The notes below the pieces were generated by a model. That model had not been told where the DNA came from. It ran no database searches and was given only the letters and a program-made list of their open reading frames with translations. Source: Antedon mediterranea (Eukaryota > Animalia > Echinodermata). Taken from it: a DNA stretch of 64,000 nt. The DNA lies in contig NC_092679.1 of the NCBI RefSeq assembly GCF_964355755.1, forward strand, positions 21,807,432 through 21,871,431. The letters are read 5' to 3'. Of the stretch, positions 12,308 to 25,385 are shown piece after piece; position 1 is the first letter of the stretch; each line of letters starts with the position of its first letter. A program made the translations under genes and the position numbers.

Positions 12308-12568
12308 TAACTGATATATCACAATTTTTTATTCCATTGTTTGAATGGCCAGCACTATAATTTAAACATCAAATTAATTACACAGATAAATAAAAAAAAA
12401 CCAGTTACTAAATGAAAGACAAATAGCCAGGAATGTTATAAGATTGAAAGGAAAGGTGATGCTCATTTTCAACAAAACTGGAAAACAATCCATGTGCTAG
12501 GCTACTGTACTGTAGGCCTATTTACCATGCTGGTTTATTGCTTGTGTCTGGATATATATATATATATC

Positions 12569-15500
12569 TTAAAGCTTATTCAGATAAAAAACGTTCACCT
12601 TCTTGGACCCTTTCAAATGCATCTTTATGTGCTGTAATGGTAAAAATAAAACATGTGATAGAAACAATAATTAATTAAATTTTATATTTTCCCTAGTTTT
12701 GTTTTCCATACATAACTTTCACATATCGACATTATATAGGGAGCTGTGTACATAGACAACAGATTAATGCTCTGTCTACACTATCAAACTTTATGTTACA
12801 AAATAGTGTGATGTGCCCAAATATGGTAGTGATTTGACATCATCGCGCCCATATATAGCCACATCACATTACATTTTTTGTCCCATAAATTTGATAGTGT
12901 AGACAGAGCTTAAGCAGGAGATATCTGTATAGTAAACCACTAACCTTTCTTAGTGATTTAGTAGTTTTTAAAACTAAATGACATCTGTTCCAATTGCATT
13001 TAAAATCGTGAGTTGTGTCTTTGCAGTGGTTCTCAAAATGGTGAAACAGTCTATGAGGACGCATTAACATCCCACAATTCCTCCACTATCGGTAATTAAA
13101 ATGGAAAAATTGTCAGGCAATAGGTGTAATAAATTCCTGTCATTTGATTGGACGATTGTGGGTCACATGGCACGCAATAGTACGCACTATTATGGCAAGA
13201 ATGGCAAGAGGTTATCAGGTTGGATTTAGACGGGGGATAAACAAGCAAAAATAGCCATGTCTTTTAAAACTAAATAACTATATTTATTTTTCTGCAACCT
13301 GAAAGATCATTTAATATCATTATGAAATATTTAGGTCCCCCCCCCCCCCACCTCCTAATCTATAATGCTGGATCCTCCCCTGGTTATAAGGTCAATCGGG
13401 TGTTATAAGGTCAATCGGGTGTTATAAGGTCAATCGGGTGTGTTTATTTCTTTCTATATTTGTTAGTTAGCAGGATTACTCAAAAAGTTATTGCCCAATT
13501 TTCATAAGAATTATACAATATGGGAACATGTGATTCAATTTTTTTATACATAGGCAGAGGTTTGCGCTATCTGAGTGCCTTTCTAGTTTTTATAGAATCT
13601 GCTGCCATAGGGCCTAAGGGGTAAGATTATAATTATATTAAAGGAACCTTACCCTGCATTTTACATCAGGTCCACGAATAAAATGAATAACTGGTTCATA
13701 AAAACACATTATACCTTCCCTGCCACCAAGAATCATCTAATTTGAACAAAACCGGAAAAACGATTGATTTTTAAATTAAACATATAACATTTCTATGAGC
13801 ACGTATTAGAGTGATATTACTATTATTATGATAATAATTATTATGATGTTGCAGATGATATTTGAGGGTGTGATGAGAGGAGGGGTACCCATTCTGGGGC
13901 TGTATCTTTGCTAGTAAAATACCAACCGTTTGGTTATGAACCAGCGCCGTTTGTAGACGTTCTCCACGAATAGAAAATTCCTTTTTAATTTGCAAGTTCT
14001 AAAATAAAATAAAAACAATAAAGAACTTTAACAAATAAGTTGACTTAGGATGTATTTCACACGTTAAAAATTTTTTCAGTTTCAGAAAATTAGGCTTTTT
14101 ATTTTGTTATTAATTTTTAGGCATATTGCCAAGGATAACCATATCAAACTTTCTGAGAAAAATATATAGGCATATATATGGGCATGGTGATGTCATATCA
14201 CTACCATATTTGGCCATATCACTACCATGTTTAGGTGTATTTTTTTGTAAAACTCCAAAATTTAAGCTAAAATAAATAGAAGAGTTATTTTACCCTGCCA
14301 CTCGACACCTTGATGACACTCTTCAAATTATTAAAAGAGATTATTGACTGGCCAACAATTTGTACTTGTGAAAAATATGAATCAACACAAATACTTTGCA
14401 ATCTGTTACCGGTCTGTTAAAATATAAAATTGAAAAATTTAATTCAACAAAAATATTAAGAAACTGTACATTTTGATGTTCCATATTAGTTCATTCACTT
14501 TGGCCAAAAAATGGATCAAAAAAACTTTTTACATGAAAAACTGTAATTTAAAGCAAACAATAGTCAAATTGGCTGGGTTTTTGGTTTGTTTTGACTTTTT
14601 ATAAGTGAAAGTGTTTGGGGTTTTTTTTCTGCAGAAGTGATCTTTATTGTTCATGTTTTTTGGGGGACAATACTTGTTTAAATAAAGTAGAATGTCACCC
14701 CAACTCAGATATGAATTTGAAAAATCAGGCCGAATCATAGAGGGCACTACATATTGAAATACATCCAAACATAGTGTTAATTGCAATCAAGCAGGTTTAT
14801 TCATAATATTTATTAGGCCAACAGTGGCAAATTTGACAGAATACATACTGTACTGTAACATAAATGACTTACATCTATGCTGTGTACATAAATTATCCCT
14901 GATTTACTGGCTGTGTATAACTTAGCTCCAAGGACCTATAAAAAAACATAATATACCAGAATGAAATGTTGAAACTCTATTAACTAAAACTAATATTTAC
15001 AATCTGTATATCCTATCATTTCTCACGGCGCTGTGCAATTAGATGTTACACTTTTAAACTACATGTTATTCTCCAAAAGGTCATGTCATGTCAATATTTC
15101 TAGCGCTCTTCTGTATGTGATATTAAAACACATGACCAAAACTTATATTAATTGTAATAAAATACATTACTTACATTAATATCAATAACTTTAGTTTTGA
15201 TATCCGACTTGAGGATCACAACTACCTCTCCTGTAGTCTCTTTAATGATAAAAATGGTGCCACTGACAATAATCAAAACGTTAGTATTTTGTCTTTTTGC
15301 GGATGTTATGTACTTTATTGAAGATGGGTCTTCATACTTTATATTCAGGTTACGCTTCTAAAGAGTAAAAAGAAAATTGTTGATGTATGGTGCATTTGTT
15401 TTATTTTAAGACTCTTTTTAAAACATAAATATTATTACAAGTTATTACTTTTCAAACCTAGATTAATATTTAGTGTGAAAAGGGTCTGTACATTTGTAAA

Positions 15501-18500
15501 ACTCATAGGGCCCCTGTTTTTGCAGACAAGTTAATTATAATAGTTACCAACCAAAAATAGAAAAATCACTGAACTCCCTATCTTTTTAAAAACTTCCATT
15601 ATTTCACTATGCTTGTTCTGCAATTTTCAATGCGAAAGTTGCTTATAATTTTTAATAACTTAGGTATACTTTAATTGTGACAAAAATACTTACATCTGAA
15701 TTAACTACTGCGACAATGCCACTTCTCATTCCTATGTAAAGTGCATTCCCATTATAATGCATGCACAAAACGTCACTTGAGCAGTAGAAATCTTGTTCAC
15801 GTTCGTGTGTCTTTAGAAAAAAGTTAACACATTTACAGATTTACTGTATGCAAATCTTAAAGTCTTTCAATTTGTTTCTAGTATACATATCCACAAGAAA
15901 CTAATCCGTAAACCTAAAAACCCAAATGTTGCATGCAAGTGGGAACCAGTGGATGTATTCAACATCCACACTTAGGCTAAGGGAAACACTAACAAAAATC
16001 TCTTATCTAAGTAAATACAATTTAAGGAAAATACTTAAATATTTATTAAGTTAAAGATGTATTGTCCCTTGAAACACAAAAAAATGAAGGTCAAAATATT
16101 CTAAATTTAAAGTGGCCATATCAAAGTAATATTAAAGTTATTCACTTTAAGTCGAAAATTTGAGCCAAAAACAACAAGTTTACGTAATTAACAGGTAAAT
16201 TAGTTTGATTACATTTCATCTGGAAAGTCGTCACGAGCGAAAGTAAACAAAGATTTCAAACCATGAGTATGCATTATGTATATGCTAAATTAGGATTGTT
16301 TACAACTCGTCACGGTTAAGAAGGTATTTTCACACAGATCATGAGGAAGTTTTATGATTATGCATACAGAGTAGCCAAACAAGCGCGTTTCATTATGGGA
16401 TATGTTTTGATTGAAAACTTTGACTGGAAGTCAAAGTCATTTTTTAAACAAAAAAACGTCTGTATTTCAGTTAATTATTTTTTTTTTCGAAAATTTTTTG
16501 GTGATAGTTAATAACTATTATGATACTTCAAAATGACCCACCTTTTTTCGAAATCTTTTATTTTTTTGGAATTAGTCAAAGGGACAATACATCTTTAAGT
16601 GAAATACTCAATATTTAAGGGAAATATCTCACTTAAGCAATAACTTACTACTACTGGTGAATATGGCCACTGGCCTTTAAAATGAAATTTAAAATAAAAA
16701 ATGTTTTTAAGCAGAATAGGAGCAGAATACAGACTCACTTTCAAATTAAATTCGGCAAGCTGTAGTTCGGCGTAACTAACAAAGAGTTTCTCCTCAAAAA
16801 CTTCTATACAGAGTATTTCTGAACTGCCAACATATCTGGCTTCCAGATTTCCAGTCTGAAAACAGAAAAGGTAAAACTGTGACATAACAAGGGCGTCATT
16901 AAAGATTGGCACAAACGCAAACCCAGTTTTGCTCCACCATCTGACATCGACAATTTAATTATGGCTGTCAAAATAGGGAGCATGTGCACATCATGCGCAA
17001 ACCCCTAGATCCGCTCCTGTTACCCCAAAAGATGGAAAAAGTACAGTACTTTGTCTACACTCGACTGTCAAACTAGTTTGACAAAAAGTGGCCCACACAT
17101 CAAAAATTTATCCAATAGGATAAGGCAGAGAAGAAAAAGGTAAAAAACACAACAATATGTTGCCGAAGCACAGTATAAAAAACACAGGGTCACTCAACAT
17201 TTATTTATATAATCTAAGTTTGTGTTTATGACATAAGTAATGATGTAGCTCTGCTTAAAACTTATTACTGAACAAAATATAAAAAAATAGTGAGGGCACT
17301 ATAGGAAACTTGTACATACATGTAATCTCAGATTAAAAACAAGAGTTCAATGTATATTTATATGCAAATGACAATATGGAAGTAATTTTCCACTGATGAA
17401 TGAATGAATGATAACATTTCGGGTCGGTTGGGCATTATTACACAATTTTAGGCCTTCTTATTACTTATTATCACTTGCCTGTATGTTGTAGGCTCTTATG
17501 ATATTGTCTTTACAAGTACAATACAACACACCATTGGCAATCTTCATACTGAGCAATTTTTCTTCGCATTGAATAAATCTCATTGTTTCCTTATCATAAC
17601 ATCCTGCTTCAACCTCCTCTGGTTCAGCACTTTACAATAATAAATGTCTCACAGTTTAATACATATAATATTCATCATACACATTAAAAATCAAATATTG
17701 TATAAACTTTTTTAACTTTTTATTCATTTGTTTTCATATCTCACTGTTACTAGGGATTGTTAATTTTTTTATGGCATAGGACTTATGTACATTGGTATTA
17801 CATCATTTATGTCAATAATCGTACACCTCCATATAAAAATTGTTGTTACAAATAGTTTGCATTATATATAATTTATATTTAGCTAAATCATTTAAGAAAA
17901 GAAATTTTTGCATGTCTGAAAATGAACTTAAATTTGTATTATAAAATGAACCAGAGGTCGCTTTTTACTGAATGAATGAAAACAATTACAGTGCTTGAAT
18001 AAGAAGTTTATCTTCTTACCAAAGATTTTCACTGGAATTGGTTTGAACATCAGAATCTGCTAATTGCATTTCTTCTAATGGTTCATTTTGAGATTTATTG
18101 TTTCCATTTTTCTTTGGTTCTGAGTTAGCAGTCTGTTTGAATGAATTTCTTTTAAGTTCCACTTCCTTATGAATGTCATCAACCTTTTGTGAAAGATTTC
18201 TTGATTCTTTCCGCTTATCTCTTTTTCTAGACCTTTTGCTAATTTTATCTGTATTTTTCTTTTTATGGCTCTTCTCTTTACTATCTTCCAATACTTCTTT
18301 TGATTTTGTATTAGAATTAGAAGATGTTTCTTCTTTTCTGTTTAGTTGTTGTTTGCATGGAGTTTTCTTAAGCTCATTTGGATCCTTATCAGACTCTGAT
18401 GAAGAAAGTATGAAAGAATCTTTTGGTTGATCCTTCTTCCCTCTGAAGAGAACTTTATCTGTATTTTTCTTTTTCGAAAGATCTTTGGAACTATCTCCAA

Positions 18501-21500
18501 GAGCTTCTTCTATGCCTTCTTTTGATACAACTTGTTGTCTTAACCGTTTTGATTGCCGCCTCACTAATGGTTCCTCATTGTCTTCAGTACATTTCCTTTT
18601 GAGTTTTGTTTTCTGTATGCTAGTTTTAGTTTTGTCTTCTTCTACAGGTGTAGAATCCATTGCATTTTCATCAACAGAATTCTGTTCTTTTTCTGATAAA
18701 TTATCCCTCTGAGGCGATGGATCTTCAATGTTTTCAGTACATTTCTTTTTTAGCCTCTTTTTCTGTATCCCAGTTTTGTTTTCTTCTACAGGTGTAGAAT
18801 CCATTACATTTCCCTCAACGGAATTCTGTTCTTTTTCATGTTCTGATAAAATATCCTTCTGAGGAAACGTAACAATTAATGCCTCATTATCCGGATTAGT
18901 TGGCACTTTATTTAATTGGTTAAACTGCCACTGAATAGCCTGAAAAATGTTGGGGTTAGAAATTAGCGATGCAACTGTCTGCATATCAACATTTTTGGCA
19001 TCAGTTGTCAAGACAATAGCAGGAGGATATGCAGGATTGCTTCCGGTTGTGTCAGTACTTGACTGTCCATTATCTACTTTTTGTGCAGGCAGGTCTTTAC
19101 AGGTTGTGTCAACCTCTTGGTCTTGTTGAGGACTTGCTACAACTTTGTTTTTCTGTCTATTATTGCTGGGTTCTTCTTTACCCTGTCTTGACCCTATGAT
19201 AGAAGTAAAGCAATATTTATTTAAAGTTGTTTTTATTCAGTTACAAAAAAATTTATCACTTAGAATCTCTTTTCTTTCAAAATACTTTTATTCCCAATAC
19301 TATGAAATAGTAAGCAATACTCTGATATGTTCTTCTGAAATTGTTAAAAAAATGTTTTCCTTCCATAGAAAATAGAATTTTGAATGACTTACCTTCTAAA
19401 ATGTCCATACGTTGAACTCTGAGGGCTTTGAGGTCCTCCTCCAACTACCAAAAGAAAAAAAACCTCTTCACATATGCCCACAAGAAGGCAGACAAAACGT
19501 ATATTTAAGATTCAGTTTACAGCAGTAAACGTAACTAATTTTACTTCTGAATGAAAAAATAAATGAATGAAACTAGAAAAAGCTAATAGAACAAAGACTA
19601 TTAGGTGGCATAGTAATAGTTAGATTACTGGATAATTAAAAAACCATAGCATAAACAAGAGAGCAACCAGTTGGTAGACCAAAACACTTAATGATCCAAA
19701 TTAAGAAAGCTTGACAGAAACATGTATAAAGAAGTGAAGATGTTGATGTTCCTTACCTTTTGCTTAGAAGTTTTAAACTGATTCAGAACTATCATCTTTG
19801 ACTGAATAATATCTTCCATGTCTTGAATACTTTCCTCCACTCCCTTCAACTCTTGATGTAATGACTCTTCTCTAACAGAGATGTCAAGGAGGGTTTCTAG
19901 ATTCTTTTTCATTAATGACGACTTTTTTTTACAAATTCCAATTCTACCATCATTGACTGAATTTTTAATTGAGTTACTACTCTCTGAAACATCATTCATG
20001 TCAACTTCTCCAGAGACACTAATAACCGGAGCACTTTCATCATCTAATATTTCAACCGGTTCCTCTTCTATAATTATATCATCATCAGTACTTGTGATAG
20101 TTGAAGATGTAGTAGTAGGAGGTGGACAAGCTCTGTGATCTTTTTTTGACACACTTGTTAACATACGAGCATTCATGTTATCATCATTTAATATTTCAAC
20201 AGATTTCTCATTTTTATCAACATTATTACTTGTGATAGTTGAAGATGTAGCCAGAGGTGGACAAGAAAAATCAGCTTGTTGACCTTTTCTTGAAACACAT
20301 GTTAACATCTGAGCAGTTGGGTTGTCATCATCTACTATATCAACAGGTTCCTCATTTATAATGACATCAGTACTTTTCTTAGCCGAGGAGGTAACAGCAG
20401 GTGGGAATAAAGAATCAGCTCTCTGATCCTTTCTTGACACACTTGTTACCCTCTGAGCAGTTGGGTTATCATCTACTATATCAACAGGTTCCTCTTTTAT
20501 TACGACGTCAGTACTAGTCTTAGGCAAAGAGGTACAAGCAAGTGGACAAGAAGAATCAGCTCTCTGATTCTTTCTTGAAAAAACTGTTACCACCCGAGAA
20601 GTTATGTTATTATCTACTATATCAACAGGTTCCGCTTTTATAATGACATTACTTGTCTTAGTCAAGGATGTAACAGCAGGTGGACAAGAAGAATCAATTT
20701 TGTGATCCTTTATTGAAACACTAGTTGACTTCTGACCTCTCTTCTTATTTAATATTTCAATAAGTCTCTGTCTTTCAACATTAGTGTTAGTCACAGTTGA
20801 AGAGATACCACGAGGCGGACCAGAAAATTGAGTTCTGTGATCCTTTCTTGAAACACATGTTAACATCTGAGCAGTTGGGTTATCATCATCTACTATATCG
20901 ACAGGTTCCTCTTTTATAACAATGTCAGTACTTGTCCTAGGCAAGGAGGTAACAGCAGGTGGACAAGAAGAATCAGTTCTGTTACCTTTTCTTGAAACAC
21001 CTGTTACCATTTGAGCAGTTGGGTTATTATCTACTATATCAACAGGTTTCTCTTTTATAAAGACATCAGTACTTGTCTTAGGCAAGGGGGTAACAGCAGG
21101 TGGACAAGAAGAATCAGTTCTGTGGTCCTTTCTTGAAACACTTGCTAACTTTTGAGTATTAGTGTTCTTATTTAATATTTCAGTCATAAGTGAAGAGGAA
21201 ACATGAGGAGGGCAAGAAAATTCAGTTCTGTGACCTTTTCTTGAAACACATTTTAACTTCTGAGCAGTTAAGTTATCATCATCTACTATATCGACAGGTT
21301 CCTCTTTAATAACAACATCAGTATTTGTCCTAGGCAAGGAGGTAACAGCAGGTGGACAAGAAGAATCAGTTCTGTGGTCCTTTTTTGAAATACTTGTTGA
21401 CTTCTGAGTTCTGTTCTTATCATTTAATATTTTAACAGTTCTCTGTCCTATAACATCAGCATTAGTAACAGATGAAGAGGTAACACAAGACAAATCATCT

Positions 21501-24045
21501 CTTCTACTTTTTCTTGATACACTAGTCAACATGTGAGCATTTTTGCTTCTATCATCTTCAACAGGTTCCTGTTTTACAACAGTATTTGTGCAAGATGAAG
21601 ATGTGGTCTGAACAGAACCAGAAAAATCTTCAGAACAAGCAAGTGAGGTTGTTTGGCCTTTTATTCCAAATGCTAGTAACTGTGCCATCAGCTCTGGATC
21701 TCCAGCCATGTCTGTCATATTGCAGTCTCTTAAATTAAATAGAATATTTTGCATGTCATCATCTATTTGTCCATCAGAAGATCTTAGTGGCAATTCATAC
21801 CGCTTTCGTAATCTTTTCTGCAACCCTGAACTTATCTTCAATTTTGCAATTTCAGTTTCTTGCATGTGTTTTGATTTTGATGAACTCAATATCTGGATTA
21901 ACTTCTGCTGCAGAGGATTTTCAGTATTGTCAATCTGATTTCGTATGCCAACATGAAGTCTACTGCGAGAAGCTCCAACATTTGGCTTTAATGACTTTGA
22001 AATAGGTTTGGATGAGGATCTTTTATCAGCCTTATTTTCCTCATCTTCTTTTAGATCATCAGATTTATCAACATCATTTCTCTGACCTTCTTTATGTTGA
22101 TTAGTACTATGATCTGGTATACGTTGATTGCCGTCAGTTCTTGGACTTTGTTTATGTTGTTCAACATCAGTGCTCTGACTAGGTTCAGGCCAATCATCAG
22201 CTTTCTGGCCTGGCTTATGCTGACCAACAGCAGTTCTCTGGCCTGGTTTATACTCGTCAACAGCAGTTTTCTGACCTGGCTTATGCTGATCAACAGCAGT
22301 TCTCTGGCCTGGTTTATGCTGACCAACAGCAGTTTTCTGACTAGGTCTAAGCTGATCAACAGCAGTTCTCTGACCTGGTTTATGCTGATCAACAGCAGTT
22401 CTCTGATCTGGTTTAGGCTGATCAGCATGTCTACACTGATAACTAGAGGTATCTAACATTCTTGAAGCAACATCCTGTTTATTTGGTGTATCAATTATCT
22501 TAGAATTTTTAATAGTGCTGCAAATGGCACTTGAGGTAGAGGTGTCGGATTGTCCATGTTTAATCCTAGAACAATCTGGGTTTGCAAAACTGGAACTTCT
22601 TTTTGATATCAAGGTTTTTGTAGTATTCTTTGATGTGTCCTCTTTTCTGTTGTTAGAATCCATTAATTTTGGTTGACTGTTTTTAGAAGGATTTTTGTCC
22701 GACTTTTTTGTGGTCACAGCATCCTTCTCATATTTCGTCGATGAGACAGAGAATGAAACCTCAGTGGCAGTAGTTTTGGTTCTTTGTACATGTTTGGTAG
22801 GTGGTACATTTGACATTTTTCCAAAATGGTAAGCACTTTCTGGTGTATAAATGTCCTGAGCAAAGTGATTTTGATCATAGTTTCTTTGATAATTATATCT
22901 AGGGTAATTCATATTTTTCTGGTTTCTCCACTGTTGATAACTATAGAAATTATCTCCATGCTTCATTTGAGACTTAAATAGTGGTCCATTGTATTTATAA
23001 TGTGGATTAAACCAATTATTTCTTCTAAACTGATCATGTTGTCTTCCAAAATAATTTCTAGCATGCCTTCCTTGAGAGACTCTATTCATTCTATAGAAAT
23101 ATAAAGACGTACAGTATGTTTATTAATACTGTATTATGTAATGACAATTCCATGTACCACAGTTTACTTTTCTAACAAATGTTCAGTAAGTTGATGAACG
23201 CTATAGTGAAAGAAAACTGTTTACTGTTACTGTACAATGACCATGATGATACACAATGACTGTAATAAATTAAATGAATACAGTAAAAAAAAAGAAGGCA
23301 ACTGCAGAAAATGTTTTCTATGCAGAAACCTAGCAAGGAATATTTTAATCACATAACTGCTGATCAATCTGAATTTGAAGCATACAGTAGTTTTATATTG
23401 CGTTTTTTAGTAAATCTTTTTAAAAATGCGTAGCAAGTGTTTTGTTGCCAAAATTGGCTATGCTACAACGCTGAATGCTTTCCCTGACTAGTGTCACCAT
23501 ACCTTTCCGTCCTTCTTAACTCCCTTCTTTCAGCTTCTTTCTTTGCTGCTGCTTCTTGCTTTGCTAATTTATCCGCCTCTAATTTTGCAGCGAGTGCTTT
23601 TTCTTTGCGTCGCTCTAAAACATCTTTGTGCTGTTGACCAATCAAATGTTTTAAGTATTCACCAATGTTGCAGGATTCAAAATTGCAAAGTCGACAATGA
23701 TGTAAAAACCTATTAGAGAACATAATTTATTATTATTAACAAGAATTTATAACAGTACCAGCATGATGAATTAAAATATCTATATTAAGCTATTCGAGTA
23801 ATATTTCGCTCTTCGAGGAGAAAGGGCTATTTTCGGTTTATCCAAATAAGCTAGGCAGGAAATAGACCGAGTATTATTAGCATTGTATCTAACCTTGGGT
23901 ATTTTTTCTCCATCTGATTGTGATGAAGTGCAGACCATTGATGGTCAAAAAACTGCATTTCAGTTGGATAATCCAAGGAGCAGACTTCGCAAAAGAGTTT
24001 AGATGGTTGAGGATCCTTGCCATTATCTTGATCAGGTTTATCCAT
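12569..24045 (-). CDS. ZNF106: Zinc finger protein 106-like (N-terminal C2H2 fingers, long low-complexity middle, WD40-like repeats, C-terminal C2H2 fingers), 15 coding exons, ~2009 aa
   Basis: Phase-consistent exons: 24045-23894, 23709-23503, 23090-19757, 19444-19393, 19193-18020, 17629-17479 (GC donor), 16855-16739, 15810-15694, 15357-15175, 14935-14873, 14413-14294, 13998-13927, 13736-13653, 13085-12945, 12631-12569 (last exon end uncertain). Fingers CEVC..HQWSALHH, CRLC..HLIGQQH, CRWRNC..H...H and CNWNRC..HIKMH; beta-propeller-like repeats (IRAYNIQTG, LYTASKSGIIYVHSIDTG). Architecture and adjacency to SNAP23/25 match ZNF106. Confidence 0.85.
12767..12911. mobile_element. MITE family A
   Basis: Both TIRs present. 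Confidence 0.88.
13382..13590 (+). mobile_element. Helentron/Helitron-type non-autonomous remnant with a 19-bp x3 tandem repeat
   Basis: (GTTATAAGGTCAATCGGGT)x3, then TTAGCAGGATTACTCAAAAAGTTAT, ending GGCAGAGGTTTGCGCTATCTGAGTGCCTTTCTAGTTTT, which resembles Helentron-associated element ends. Confidence 0.5.
16051..16598. mobile_element. Non-autonomous DNA transposon with TTAA target site (Kolobok-like)
   Basis: TTAA-AGATGTATTGTCCC ... GGGACAATACATCT-TTAA. The same TIR occurs at 62995-63324, with a degraded copy at ~14460-14680. Confidence 0.8.
20040..21600 (-). repeat. Coding tandem repeat (~42-46 aa units) in the ZNF106 large exon
   Basis: Recurring SSCPPAVTSLPKTSTDVVIKEEPVDIVDDDNPTAQMLTCVSRKDHR-type units with high DNA identity. 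Confidence 0.92.
22200..22430 (-). repeat. Coding 33-bp (11-aa) tandem repeat, ~7 units
   Basis: DQHKPGQRTAV units. Confidence 0.92.
23808..23870 (+). repeat. Short dispersed repeat (also ~34553-34626 on - and 35817-35880 on +)
   Basis: GCTCTTCGAGGAGAAAGGGCTATT(G/T)TCGGTTTATC..GCTAG.CA..AAATAGAC is shared by three loci. Confidence 0.75.
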
Positions 24046-24649
24046 AATTTCAAGTTTTGGTATTTAACTCAATTTCTAATGTGTATCTTCATGGAGAAAC
24101 TGTTGGTGTTTAAAAATAGTACAAATGAGGATGACACATGTTAGCTTCTATACTTAACAGATATTTATTTGGCCATCTAAATGTATAAAAAACATTACAA
24201 CTAGGCCTACTTTATACAATACTAGTAACTACTGTTAGGTTACTGAAAATAGAATAGAAGAGAGAAGTTAGAATATTACTATTAAAGTTGCAGATTACTA
24301 CTTGCTAATACTAGGCTAATTCTCTAGTTTCACTCTGCTGAACAGACCAGCCTAGTGCTAGATATAGTATAGTAATACTCCTAGGCTAGGCCTGTACCTA
24401 GCCCTCTAGTACTACTCTTCTCTAGCTATTCAGCTAAGCTAATTCTACTACAGTACAGTAGACAGTAACAAAACATACACAGTACAGTGTATGTAGCAAG
24501 CTAGCTAGTATACTAACGACACGATTTAACAATTGAAGAGATTACAAAATATATTTGGCCAGTATGTAGCGCATTTATTATGGGAAGCATTAACTAAATA
24601 ATAAAAACATACTAGGGCCTATTAAATAATGTGATTATTATTAATTATT

Positions 24650-25385
24650 ATTAGCAAAACATTCCCCGCATGCTCGTCGCCTTAGCTTTTTCATTCACTG
24701 GCTTTTTCAAGTTTAGAGTGTGGTCAAAGGTTAGTTTGTTGTATTATGTTGTAGCCTGCTAAATCCATCCGCTTCATGGTCCTACAGTACAGTACAATAC
24801 AGTTGACAATATTTTTTAATTTTAAATCCATTTTTTAGGATTAAATATAGTACACAACTTCAAAGTGGGATTGCCAATAAATGATTGGCAGGTAGCGGAG
24901 GCCTAATTTATTTATTATTTATTAGGAGCGGAAACAGGAAATCAAAAAGGCCAACAGTTAAGTAGAAGTAAAAAAAAAACCACTAAAACTAATAATAGGC
25001 CACTAGTCTACTGTTTAGTATAGTGAGTAAAATCATGGTTGATAAAGAATCAATGAATACAAATTATTATTTAGAAACACAACAATTAGATTAAATACTT
25101 TAAAAAATTGTCATTTTAATATCCAATGTCACTGAATAGGAAGACTACAAGAAAAATATTGGCCTAGTTTTGATTTACTGTACAGTATTTAGGATTTTTA
25201 GAGATAGTCTGGAAAAAAAGTCTATTATCAAAACAGGGCGGAAGTAGATTGATTGGTCGTCTGCTGTAAGTGTGCAGCCGAGCGGAAAACGTCTGATCGA
25301 AAGAAAAAGAGCGAAACTAAACGAAGGTGCGCTCAACTAAAAACATAAATAGACATTAAGATTTTATCGACCATATCTGATTAAG
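24650..25385. promoter_or_regulatory. Probable bidirectional promoter region for ZNF106 and SNAP-25, including the SNAP-25 non-coding exon 1 (ends 25385)
   Basis: ETS-like GCGGAAGT at ~25238, CCAAT boxes (CCAAT ~24874, ATTGG ~24884 and ~25252), local CpG enrichment, strong donor AAG|GTAAGT at 25385/25386. Confidence 0.6.

Noticed and set aside
18173-19375. Several plus-strand ORFs
   Set aside because: Antisense shadows of the Lys/Glu-rich ZNF106 exon.
22051-22456. 125-aa and 120-aa repetitive ORFs
   Set aside because: Alternative frames of the 33-bp coding repeat.
19688-23089. 1133-aa ORF as a stand-alone gene
   Set aside because: Bounded by a phase-compatible acceptor (23090) and donor (19757); it is an internal ZNF106 exon.
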